A stretch of 64,000 nt of DNA from assembly GCA_965603825.1 (NCBI GenBank), contig CBFDEM010000027.1:682001-746000 (forward strand), in the 5' to 3' direction. The position numbers were made by a program, and so were the translations under genes. Each line of letters begins with the position of its first letter. Position 1 is the first letter of the stretch. This document shows, one piece after another, positions 1 through 11,302 of the stretch. The stretch is from Blepharisma stoltei ATCC 30299. Taxonomy: Eukaryota; Protista; Ciliophora. The notes below the pieces were generated by a model, which did no database searches, was not told the origin of the DNA, and was given only the letters and a program-made list of their open reading frames with translations.

Positions 1-739
1 CATACTGTAAATTTATTGGAATTAGTCCATCTTTCCCATTATAAGTTTGGATTTTTTTCAAAATTTCTTCGGCTTTAGAATATTTTTTGTGGACAACTAA
101 AAATCCGGGTGTCTCGTCCATATCGATTTTTAAGATAGAAATAATTAGATTGCAAAAAAAATTTATTATTGCAATCATTTTTCAATTTTCAATATATTGA
201 GAATTAAATATTTCAATCAATACAGCTGCTAAGCAAAAAATTACCCCGCCACTTGGAGCTCCTAAATTTAGCCTAGGCATTAAATTCAAATTTTCTGTTG
301 GGCAAAATTCCTTAAAAGTCACAGAGATTAGAGCTAAATGCCCAATCACCCCAAATCCAAAGAAAAATAATAATATAGTAAGCCCTATGTAATTTTCCGA
401 AAAAATTATAATAAAGCAAGAAAACACTATAACAATTGAGTCTATTTTCATTGCGAAAGTGCGGCCATAATGATCAGATAAGGAGCCTCATAGATAAGAC
501 CCTACAATGCAGCCCAGTTGAAACATTGTGCTCATAATACCCTTTTCCTTATTTGAGATTCCTCATTCATTTTCAAGATCTGATGCATAATAGCTAGGAG
601 TAATGACTAGGCTTTGAAAGCTCATGTATGACTAATTTAAAGTTACCAGAAAACATTGCTGGAAAATATACCATTGATATTTTCCCCAACCTATTTGGTC
701 GATGTAATGTGAAGCTAAATCATCAGTAGTTTCTGCCAT
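1..739 (-). CDS. MFS transporter, SV2/SVOP-like, paralog 1 (3' part runs off the window start)
   Basis: ATG at 739; MAETTDDLASHYIDQIGWGKYQW..., colinear with the four neighbouring paralogs; intron 632-646; TGA=Trp at e.g. 488-490 and 182-184; frame open to position 1. Confidence 0.9.
632..646 (-). other. 15-nt spliceosomal intron
   Basis: GTAACTTTAAATTAG; removal deletes an in-frame TAG; same position in all five MFS paralogs. Confidence 0.9.
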
Positions 740-874
740 TGAGAATTTTCAATAATAGAATTTGATTTTTATTTAAATTTTACTGAAAAAAATTATTTGG
801 GCCGAAATCTAAAAAGCTTAAGCATAAATACTTTTTTGAGGCAGTAAAAGACAGCTAAAGAGAATTTATAAGGC

Positions 875-2266
875 CTAATTTTTAATAATTAATCCTTCTT
901 TTGTAATTATTGGCCTAGTTTCTTTTAAAAATAATGCACAGACTGCTCCAATTAAGAAAGCGACTGCGAATATTGCAAAGGCAAGCTCTTCACCACCTTC
1001 TGTGTCTAGAAGTGGGCCAGCAATCAATGGAGCTATAACTCCTGCAGCTCTTGAGCTTGAAAGAAATAACCCTTCAGCTGTGCTTCTAACTTCTGAAGGA
1101 AAGGATTCTGGAGCCATTGTGAATAAAGCTCCATAAGCTGTAGAACTGATGCCTGCCCATATAGAAGAAACTATGATAATCTATATTATTAGTACCGAAA
1201 CGAAATTTTTTGAAAAAATAAACAAAAATGATGCAAAAGCTGTTATAAGCAGTGAAATTGATAATGTGTGTTTTCTTCCTAATTTTGTGTCAATCATATA
1301 AGCAGAAAGGTATGCGCATGGAATACCTACTCCTTGTTGCACACAAATTATTATATATTTTACTACAAAATTGTACTGGCTAAGAAATTTTGGCATAAAT
1401 AAGATAAAGCTCCAATATCCAAAAAGAATCATAAAAAATATTGTGGACATAAGCAGTGTTGATTTGATATGTTCTCTATTAAATATAACATGAAGTCTGG
1501 TTTCTTTTTTTTTCTGCACAGGATTTATGACTTCTTCTATTGTTTCATATTCGCTAGAGAATTTATTTTCTTTTGCTATTTTATGCAAAGTTTCATTAGC
1601 TTTGTGAAATTGTAGTTTTGTGCAATGATATTCTGGACATTCATCTAAATCCAGTCTTGGTATGGCCACGAGAATTTGATAAAAAAATATCAAACCAGCC
1701 ATAAATAGCCAATTAGCTAAATAATTGCTATTAATTCAGTAGATAATAATAGCACAAATCGCAAAAAATGATCCTCCCGCATACCAGCCACTTGTTAATT
1801 TTGTCATATAGTTTAAGTTCTGTTCTGGGCAAAATTCTTCAAAAACTACAGGCAAAATAACAATTTCCGCAATATTCCCAACTCCTGAAATAAAACACAG
1901 CACCAAAAGCATTGGAAAATTTGAGGAAAATAGTCATATAAAACTCGAAAAGACAAGTAAGAGCGCATTGATTTTTAAGCTGAAAATTCTACCAAAATTG
2001 TCTGAGACACTACCCCAGATATAAGCTCCTAATAAAGATCCAAGCTGGAATAAGGTACCCATTAATCCTTTTTGAGTATTTGAGATGTCTCATGCATGGC
2101 CAAATTCCTCCCCAAAATAACCAATTGACATCTGGTAAAATTGTATGCTAGCATAAGACTAATTTAAAATTACGGCAAAAACAAAATAAAATAAACGATT
2201 TTGGTAGGGACCCCAGCCGATTTTGTCAATTGCTTCTATGGTAACTTGGACTGGATCTTCCGTCAT
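875..2266 (-). CDS. MFS transporter, SV2/SVOP-like, paralog 2 (453 aa)
   Basis: ATG 2266 to TAG 875; introns 2159-2173 and 1181-1195; motifs DKIGWG, KLGRK, PESFPSEVRSTAEG; many hydrophobic segments. Confidence 0.92.
1181..1195 (-). other. 15-nt spliceosomal intron
   Basis: GTACTAATAATATAG; removal restores the MFS frame. Confidence 0.9.
2159..2173 (-). other. 15-nt spliceosomal intron
   Basis: GTAATTTTAAATTAG; conserved position across paralogs. Confidence 0.9.
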
Positions 2267-2510
2267 TTTAATGACTATAATTACTTGTGGTATTTCAATC
2301 TGATTTTATTTAAAATGATTAAGAGTCATAGATCTTGCTTTATGACTGGATAGTTGCTTTATTAAAAAGCTAAATTATATTTCAATTAGGACGCAAGATT
2401 CCTGATTAATTGAAAATTCTAAATATTTTTTTTATGACTCTTAAAAATTTCTTATCAATTTTTCCATATTAAATTCTGAATTTCAATTATGAAGGCAATT
2501 AAATAATAAG

Positions 2511-3917
2511 CTATTGTGGACTATTTTCTTCAATTAAAATTGTGGTTTTTAAAGAAGGTCGTGTCTCTTCTATAAAAACTGTACTCAAACTTGCGATTAA
2601 ATACCCAGATGCGAATAATGCCAATGCTACTTCTTTTCCATTTTCTATATCCAAAATCATCCCACCAATAAAAGGTGATATAGATGATCCAATTCTTGAC
2701 CATGTAAAGAAAAATCCCATAGCAGAGTTTCTTATTTCAGTAGGGTAGATTTCAGGAGAAAGCGTAAATAATGATCCAAAACTTGCAAAATTAACCGATG
2801 CAAGCATCATAATGACAATTATCACCTAAATAAGTTTTACTGCAACAATATGCTCGAGAAAAATAAATAAATATACTGAAAAGCTTGTAATAGCCAGGGA
2901 TAGCAGAAGTGTGTGCTTTCTTCCTAGCTTTGTATTTACAAGAAATGATGCCAAAAATATGCCTGGAATTCCTGATAATTGTTGGATTAATATTATTGTG
3001 TATCTAACTGCAAAAGAGAATTGTTGTAAAAATCTGGGCATAAATAAATTCATGCTGAAGCTTCCAAAATATATAAAAAAATAAATAATTGAAACAAAAA
3101 CTGTTGATTTTACATATTTTTTAGAAAAAATAGCCTTCATTTTGATGGGAGCCTTGACTGATTGTGCATTTGTATTATCAACAGGAGAAATGCTAATTGA
3201 AATAGAGTCTTTTCCATTTATTTTTGCTATTTTAGATAATAATTCTTCAGTTTGACTAAATTTTCCTTTTGATGCTAAGAAGCCTGGGGTTTCATCTAAC
3301 CCAATTCTTAATATTGACATTAAGACATGACAAAAAAGTAAAATTATTGCCATAAAGCATCAATCAGGCAAATAATTACTACCAATTATTTCAATCGAAA
3401 TCGCGCTAAAAGCAATAAATGCTCCACCTATTGCAAACCCTGAAGTCAATTTTGTTATAAAATTCAATTTCTTCGTAGGACAGAATTCTTTAAAAAGAAC
3501 TGGGATTATTACCATTTCCCCTGTGTTTCCAAACCCAGAAGCAAAGCATAAAATTAAAATAACAAAAATATTGTCAGCAAAAATCCAAACTAAATGAACA
3601 AAAATAAATATAAATCCTGCTTTTTTGACTGTAGAAGCTCTTCCGTGACGATCAGAGAGATTTCCTCAAAAATAAGAGCCAATAAAGCATCCTAGCTGAA
3701 ATAGTGTGCCCATTAAACCCTTTTGTGTATTGCTGATTCCAAGATCTATTGCATAAATAGCAGCAAAATAGCCAATTGAAAGATTTCTAAACTGTATATT
3801 GAAATATGACTATTTAAAGAATACAATCATGCATTGCTCAAAAATAGACCATTGGTACTTTCCCCAGCCAATTTCATCTAAATAATGCACTACTATTTCA
3901 GTTGGAATTTGTGTCAT
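2511..3917 (-). CDS. MFS transporter, SV2/SVOP-like, paralog 3 (458 aa)
   Basis: ATG 3917 to TAG 2511; introns 3810-3824 and 2826-2840; DEIGWGKYQW, SDRHGR, DETP, PEIYPTEIRNSAMG. Confidence 0.92.
2826..2840 (-). other. 15-nt spliceosomal intron
   Basis: GTAAAACTTATTTAG; conserved position across paralogs. Confidence 0.9.
3810..3824 (-). other. 15-nt spliceosomal intron
   Basis: GTATTCTTTAAATAG; conserved position across paralogs. Confidence 0.9.
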
Positions 3918-4346
3918 TTTAAGTAAAGCTGGTGATTTTTATTAAATTAGCATAACATTAATGATACTTTTTTAGTAACTAAATCGCATTAAAGTATTAG
4001 CGATAGTTATTAGTTGTCATTAATTGGCGTTTTTCTTGCAGCTCATATATGCCAAATCTCTTTAGAATATTAATAATTTTGAATTTATTATGCTAAAAGG
4101 CAAATTGGGATTCAAAGAGAAAATAGAAAAAGAACATATTCGAGAGCATATATGATATTAAAAGGATACTATTTAAAATAGAGATTTTTGATTCTACTAA
4201 ATAATATATCTTCAGTAAGCAAATTACCCTTTCTTTGTATGTTGCGAAAAAGTCATGATTAACATTAAATAAATTAGCCTTAAATTTGCTTATTATTAAT
4301 TATTTTCCATCAAAATAAAAGAGAATTTACTCAATTAAATAATGAA

Positions 4347-5753
4347 CTATGGCTGGCTATCTTCATCAATCAAATTTGTACTTTTTAATGAAGGTCGTGT
4401 CTCTTCTATAAAATTTGTGCACAAACTTGCGATTAAATATCCAGACGCAAATAACGCCAATGCTATTTCTTTTCCATTTTCTAAATCCAAGATCATCCCA
4501 CCGATAAAAGGTGATATTGATGATCCAATTCTCGACCATGTAAAGAAAAATCCCATAGCAGAATTTCTTATTTCAGTCGGATAAATTTCAGGAGAAATTG
4601 TAAAAAGTGACCCCAAGCTTGCAAAATTAACCGATGCAAGCATTATAATGACAAGTATTACCTATATAATTTTTACTGCAACAATATGCTCTAGGAAAAT
4701 AAATAAATAAATTGAGAAACTTGTTAGAGCCATAGATAATAAAAGCGTATATTTGCGCCCAAGCTTTGTGTTAACCAGAAAAGATGCTAAAAATGCACCT
4801 GGGATACCTGATAATTGTTGGATTAAGATTATTGTGTATCTTACTGAAAATGAAAATTGTTGCAAAAATCGGGGCATGAATAAATTCATGCTAAAACTTC
4901 CAAAATATACCATAAAATAAATTATTGATACAAAAATCGTTGATTTTACGTATTTTTTGGAAAAAATAGCTTTCATTTTTATAGGAGGCTTATTAATTTG
5001 AGTATTAGCACTTTCTGTGGGAAAAATGCTGATTGAAATAGATTCTTTACCATTGGTTTTTGCAATTTTAGATAATAATTCTTTAGCCTGGTCATATTTG
5101 GCCTTTGATGCTAAGAACATTGGAGTTTCATCTAACCCTATCCTTAATATTGACATTGTAATATGACCTACAAGAGAAATTATTGCCATAAAGCATCAAT
5201 CAGGCAAATAATTACTATTTATTAACTCAATTGAAATTGCGCTAAATGCGAGAAATCCTCCACCTAATGAAAACCCTGAAGTCAATTTTGTTATAAAATT
5301 CAGATTCTTTGTAGGACAAAATTCTTTGAAAATAACAGGAGTAATTACCATTTCTGCTGTATTTCCAAAACCAGACGCAAAACATAAAATCAAAATAATA
5401 AAAATATTATCAGCAAAAATTCAAACTAAATAAACAAAAATAAAAATAAATCCAGATTTTTTGACTGCTGAAGCCCTTCCATTACGATCAGAGAGATTTC
5501 CCCAAAAATAAGAGCCTATAAAGCATCCTAACTGAAAGAGCACACCCATTATACCTTTTTGAGTGTTGCTTATACCGAGTTCTATAGCATAAATAGCTGC
5601 AAAATAACCAATTGAAAGATTTCTAAATTGAATATAGAAATATGACTATGTAAAAATTACAATCATGCATTGTTCAAAAATAATCCATTGATATTTTCCC
5701 CACCCAACCTCATCTAAATAATTCTGAACTACTTGGGTCGGCATTTGCGTCAT
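4347..5753 (-). CDS. MFS transporter, SV2/SVOP-like, paralog 4 (458 aa)
   Basis: ATG 5753 to TAG 4347; introns 5646-5660 and 4662-4676; same length and close similarity to paralog 3. Confidence 0.92.
4662..4676 (-). other. 15-nt spliceosomal intron
   Basis: GTAAAAATTATATAG; conserved position across paralogs. Confidence 0.9.
5646..5660 (-). other. 15-nt spliceosomal intron
   Basis: GTAATTTTTACATAG; conserved position across paralogs. Confidence 0.9.
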
Positions 5754-6174
5754 TTTAAGAGATTTTATCTAGGTGAAAACCAAACTGGTGAATTTATTCA
5801 ATTAATATTAAAATTAAATAAAAGTTATATAAAAATTAATGATATGAAATTTAGTTTTTTGGCCTTTCCTAAGCGAATTTAAAATCTTACATGATGTATT
5901 TGACATTATTAGTCACATTTTCTTAAATAAAAAAATAAGATCATTTTATGTATGCTTAAACTAAATTCCATAATATCATTATAGTTTTTAATTTTGAGAT
6001 TAAAATAAAGATATTTAAATTCAAAAATAATTAGATAATTTAAATGTAACAAAATCTAAGGCGTATTAGAAATAATTAAATCATTATCCCTTGCATTAAA
6101 GCCAAATGACTTAATAATTTTATTAATTAAAAATGTGAAGTATTTATTAATCGATAAAAATTAGCTATTAGTGA

Positions 6175-7575
6175 TTATACTTCATCAATTAAAAGTGCAT
6201 TTTTAAGAGGAGGCCGTGTCTCTTCTATAAAAATTGCACATAAGCTTGCAATCAAGTATCCAGACGCAAATAAAGCCAATGCTATTTCTTTTCCATTTTC
6301 TAAATCCAAGATCATCCCACCAATAAAAGGTGATGTTGATGATCCGATTCTTGACCATGTAAAGAAAAACCCCATAGCAGAGTTTCTTATTTCAGCTGGA
6401 TAAATTTCAGGAGAAAGTGTAAATAATGATCCAAAACTTGCTAGATTGACTAATGCAAACATCATAATGACTAGTATCACCTATATAATTTTTACAAGAA
6501 CAATGTGCTCAATAAAAATAAAAAAATATATAGCAAGACTTGTAATAGACATTGATAGCATAAGTGTATATTTTCTTCCAAGCTTTGTGTTTATTAAATA
6601 TGATGCTAAAAACGCGCCTGGGATACCTGATACTTGTTGGATTAATATTATTATATATCTCACTGCAAGAGAAAATTGTCCTAAGAACCTAGGCATGAAT
6701 AAGTTTAGACTAAAGCTTCCAAAGAATGTCATAAAATAAATAACTGATAAAAAAATAGTTGATTTTACATACCTTTTTGAAAAAATAGCTTTAATTCTAA
6801 TAGGCGCTTTTTCGATTTGCTGCTCACTAGCGGATTCTGCAGAATAAATAGTAATTGATAAAGGGCTTTTATTATTAGTTTTTGCTATTTTTGCCAGCAG
6901 CTCTTCAGCTTGTGCATATCTTGCCTTTGATGCTAAGAAAGCAGGGGTTTCATCTAACCCTATTCGAATTATTGACATTAAAATATGGCTAAAAAGTACC
7001 ATTGCTGCCATAAAGCTTCAATCAGACAAATAATTACTACCAATTATTTCAATTGAAATAGCGCAAAGAGCCAAAAATATTCCACCAATAGAAAATCCTG
7101 AGGTCAATTTTGTAACAAAATTAAAATTTTTTGTAGGGCAAAATTCTTTAAAGAGGACTGGATTAATCACCATTTCTCCTGTTCCTCCAAATCCAGAAGC
7201 AAAGCATAAAATTAAAATAACAAAAAGATTGTCAGCAAAAATCCAAACTAAATAAACAAAAATAAATATAATACTTATTTTTTTGATAGATTTTGCTCTT
7301 CCTTGGTGATCAGAGAGATATCCTCAAAAATAAGAGCCAATGAAGCATCCTAATTGAAATAGAGTTCCCATTAAACCTCTTTGAGTATTGCTAGCTCCAT
7401 GCTCGATAGCATAAATAGCCGCAAAATAGGCAATCGAAAGATTTCTTAATTGCACATTAAAATTTGACTAAATAAAAATTACGAGCATGCATTGCCAAAA
7501 AATAGACCAATGGTACTTTCCCCAGCCAATTTCATCTAAATAGTGTGAGACTGCTTGGGTAGATGCTTGCACCAT
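6175..7575 (-). CDS. MFS transporter, SV2/SVOP-like, paralog 5 (456 aa)
   Basis: ATG 7575 to TAA 6175; introns 7468-7482 and 6481-6495; same motifs as paralogs 3 and 4. Confidence 0.92.
6481..6495 (-). other. 15-nt spliceosomal intron
   Basis: GTAAAAATTATATAG; identical to the paralog 4 intron at 4662-4676. Confidence 0.9.
7468..7482 (-). other. 15-nt spliceosomal intron
   Basis: GTAATTTTTATTTAG; conserved position across paralogs. Confidence 0.9.
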
Positions 7576-7856
7576 CTTAGAGAATTTATAAAAATTTTGT
7601 TGACATATTAAATTAATGAGTTATGATTCTAATTTGACGTCATATATAATTTATTTGTATGAGCCGAATAAAAAATTAATTACTGTTGAAAATTTAAAAA
7701 AATTATGAAGTCACCAATCATAAAATAAAGAATATCTAATAGCGTTTAAGTATATCTTGATTTTGAATCCAATAAAATTTGATGAAAAATAAAAATCCTC
7801 ATTAATTATAGGTCAAATATTTAACAAAATCATAGGTGCTTGAAGAAAAAGAGCCA

Positions 7857-8840
7857 ATGATGCTCGCCTTCAAGCGTTTTATGGAAATAGAAAGGGAAGT
7901 CCAAAAACGATTTCAAACTTTTATTCAAAGCTTCGAAGACGACATGCACACATTTTTCCAACAATATCTTCTTCCTCTCTCCGGCGGTAAACTACCTATA
8001 TCCTCAAAACCTATAAGCATTGACCCTCCCAAACCCGAACCTCAGCTCCCTGTCAAACGACCCAAAGAAAATTTTTCCTTTCCTCAATCATCAGCACCAA
8101 AAAAATCTCAGCCACAGCCCAAGCGAGGGGACTCAGAGCTTAATTCTTATATGGAATTATTAAAGTCCAGGGTCAGAGAACTTTATGAAAAAAATATTTC
8201 CCCTTCTTTTATCTCAAAACTTTTCAATCTGAACCTTGAATTAGTCCATTCTTTAGGAAACTGAAAACAAGTCCCTGACGAAATTTCGTCAAAAATGATA
8301 GAAATGAAAAATGAATGTTTAAAACTCAAAGAAAAAGGCTTCACATTAAAAGAAATAGGCAAAACTATAAGAATCCCTAGGAAAAAAGTATTAATTTTAT
8401 TCGGAGAATTAACACCTATTGATTTATTAAAATCTGCTGAATCTAAAAAATGTGTTGTTAATAAAATAGCTGAAGGAGTTTCCAAAATCGCTTTATCACA
8501 AGAACTAGGAACGCCTGTTTACAAAATTCAAAATTGGGTGGATAAAGTTTCTAATGGCAGACCACTCAGTGATGAAGACTCTATTCGTTCTGAAGGCGAA
8601 ATTTCTCGCGAAACCATCCGAAACTCAATTTTTCACTATTATCAAACTAACAACAAAGACCTCGCCGCTTCTATTTGTAGCCAAAAGCCTGAAAAAATAG
8701 TCCAATGGGTAGACAGATTTGAAAATGGGACCGATATTGAAACTATCAAGTTCAAAAAATCCACCCCACAGCCCTTCCCTGAATCCTACGAAAATCTCTC
8801 AAATTCTTTAATTTCTGATTTTTTTAAAAAGTCATATTAA
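7857..8840 (+). CDS. Uncharacterised protein (327 aa) with several helix-turn-helix-like repeats
   Basis: First in-frame ATG at 7857; TGA 8262-8264 read as Trp joins two ORF-track fragments; segments GFTLKEIGKTIRIPRKKV, GVSKIALSQELGTPVYKIQNWV, AASICSQKPEKIVQWVDRFE resemble HTH units. Confidence 0.7.
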
Positions 8841-8856
8841 ATAATAATTTTTATAA

Positions 8857-11262
8857 ATGGAAAGAGCATCCTTAAAAATCTACGTCCGTGTCAAATCTGA
8901 AGAACATAACGACACAATTACAACGTCAAAAGATCTGCATGAAATCAAAATTTCTGACGCACAAGAGCGAGCAAGCCACACTTTTGATTTTTATAGGGTT
9001 TTTTTGCAAGACTCCAATCAAGAAGAAATCTATGATACAACGTGCAGACCGCTGGTAGACCATATGATGGACGGGTTTGACGCCACATTATTTGTGTATG
9101 GACCGACAGATTCTGGGAAAAGTTTTACATTGTTTGGAGGAGAAGGATTCCATAACCGTGGGATGTTTTTAAGAGCGATGGAAACGATTTTTGAAGAGTC
9201 TCAAAGACTGTCTTATCAAAAAGATATCCGAATAAAAATGCAGATGCTGGAGCTTTATGGAGATAAAATTCGCGATTTAGGATTAGCCTATAAAGATGCA
9301 CATGCAATAAATGTTTTCCCGAACCAGCAGCTGGACATTGAAGAAAGTATGGGGAGAGTGATGATTGGCTCAGCTTCAGAGTTTGAGGTTAGGACCCCTG
9401 ATGAAGCTAATGGGGTTGTAAATCAAGGATTTGAATTAAGAGCTGCTTGTGAAGCAAAATCTGGAAAATATTCCACAAGGGCACATACTATTATTGCTAT
9501 CACTTTAAGCCAAAAATATAAAACTGCTGAGTGGGATCAGTTAACAAGCAGCACACTTTACTTTGTAGATTTAGCAGGCTCAGAAAAGCCAAAAACCCGT
9601 AAAGGGAAAGAATTTTACGAGTCATTAAACGCCAGCTCAAGCTTCCACGCTTTAAGCAAAGTTCTTGCTACCTTAAATTCAAGCCAAACTTCATATAGAG
9701 ACCACAAATTGACCAGAATTTTGGAAAACGGAATGTCAAATAACGCTATGATTTCTATGATTGTATGCGTAAACCCAGACAAGGTGCAGTTTGAAGACAC
9801 TTTGGCATCACTTACCTTTGCAGACCGATGCAAGCCACTTACAGCTGGCGGTGCTGCCTTTTTTGCATCTGATAAATTGACAGGAAATGAGGTCGATATG
9901 AAAATAAAATTATTGCAAGACGAAAGAGCTGAACTTAAAGAAAAATTAAGAAAAATCGAAATGACTCAAGAAGAGCAGCTTAAAAAAATCGTGGATATGC
10001 TAGGAATTGAAGGAGATGTAGACACCCTTTTACAGGCACAACCGGGGTCTAGAGAACTTGCTAAAATAAATCAGCAAAAAGAAGCAGTCCAAAAAGTTGA
10101 CAGTTTAATAAAGAAAAATAAAGAACTTGAAAAAAAAGTTGAAGAAAATAAACAAATTTTTGAAAAAATAAAAAAAGCGGAAAATCAAAGCCAAGAGCAG
10201 CATTTGAGGAAAGTTTTGGAGCTGAAAGATGAGCTCGCAAGGCTTAAAGAAGAATTAGAAGAAAATAAAGCAAATGCGGAGCATAATCAAAAGGAGCAGA
10301 TGGATACCAAAGCAGAAGAGTTGCAAAGAATGCTAAGCAATTCGCATAAACTGGTCGAAGAAAAACTTGCTATTGTGCATAATTTGCCTAAAGCAATGCA
10401 GGCAATAGGAAATTTGCCATCAGCTCAAGATATGAAGGAGCTTGGGAAGCTAGAAGTGGAAAAAGAATTTCAAAAAAGATTTAGAGAACAAGAAAGAAAC
10501 CATCAAAAGCAGCTTGAAAGTGTAAAAACACAATATGAGCAGCTTGTTAAAGAGAAAGAAGCAATGCTTTCTAATATGGTCAAAAACTTTAAAGAAAATA
10601 GAAAGACAAAAAAGGACGAAATTTCAGCTTTAAGGAAAGAAATGACGCAGCTGTATGAGCTTATATCAAACCAAAAAAAGGTGCTAAATAATATTGAAAA
10701 TGGGAAATATAATCAAAATTTGAGAAAAGTTTATATTCCAAAAGATATGATGCCTGAATTCCCAACCCCTGAAACTTTTCCTCATCTCTTTAAATCATTT
10801 CAAAGAGAAAAAACAGAAACTAATGTGTCAGCCCACAAACCCGCAACAAAACAAGAAAAATCCGAAATTCAGCCTTCAGGCAGAAAAATCGGAAATTACT
10901 GTTTGATAGCTGATATGTCAACAGTTCCTCCAAATGAAGCAAAAAGGCTTGTAGAAAATCTCCGAGAACTATATAAACAATCTGAAGCTGAGCTAGAAAA
11001 TGCCAAGAAAAACCAATCTTCTATCCAAGAGCAAAAAGCAGCCCTCCAGGAACAAATTAAAAATGCTAAAGAAGAGCGTGACCGATATAGAGAACTTTAT
11101 TCAAAAGAAATGAAGCAAAAATGTGAAGCGAAAAGTATTATCGAAATCCAAAGAAAAACCCTTGAAAAAAATTACCTGCTAAGCAACGAAAGAGGACAGT
11201 CAAGATCTTCAAATGTCAGACCTACAACTGGAGCAAATTTAAGAAGAAATAAAATAGAATAA
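8857..11262 (+). CDS. Kinesin-like protein (N-terminal motor plus long coiled coil, 801 aa)
   Basis: KIYVRVK, FDFYRVF, P-loop YGPTDSGKSFT, FVDLAGSE, YRDHKLTRIL, TLASLTFADR. Confidence 0.93.
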   Translation: MERASLKIYVRVKSEEHNDTITTSKDLHEIKISDAQERASHTFDFYRVFLQDSNQEEIYDTTCRPLVDHMMDGFDATLFVYGPTDSGKSFTLFGGEGFHNRGMFLRAMETIFEESQRLSYQKDIRIKMQMLELYGDKIRDLGLAYKDAHAINVFPNQQLDIEESMGRVMIGSASEFEVRTPDEANGVVNQGFELRAACEAKSGKYSTRAHTIIAITLSQKYKTAEWDQLTSSTLYFVDLAGSEKPKTRKGKEFYESLNASSSFHALSKVLATLNSSQTSYRDHKLTRILENGMSNNAMISMIVCVNPDKVQFEDTLASLTFADRCKPLTAGGAAFFASDKLTGNEVDMKIKLLQDERAELKEKLRKIEMTQEEQLKKIVDMLGIEGDVDTLLQAQPGSRELAKINQQKEAVQKVDSLIKKNKELEKKVEENKQIFEKIKKAENQSQEQHLRKVLELKDELARLKEELEENKANAEHNQKEQMDTKAEELQRMLSNSHKLVEEKLAIVHNLPKAMQAIGNLPSAQDMKELGKLEVEKEFQKRFREQERNHQKQLESVKTQYEQLVKEKEAMLSNMVKNFKENRKTKKDEISALRKEMTQLYELISNQKKVLNNIENGKYNQNLRKVYIPKDMMPEFPTPETFPHLFKSFQREKTETNVSAHKPATKQEKSEIQPSGRKIGNYCLIADMSTVPPNEAKRLVENLRELYKQSEAELENAKKNQSSIQEQKAALQEQIKNAKEERDRYRELYSKEMKQKCEAKSIIEIQRKTLEKNYLLSNERGQSRSSNVRPTTGANLRRNKIE

Positions 11263-11302
11263 AATGTAATTCTTAAATATAGTAAATAATGATTAAAATA
11301 TT

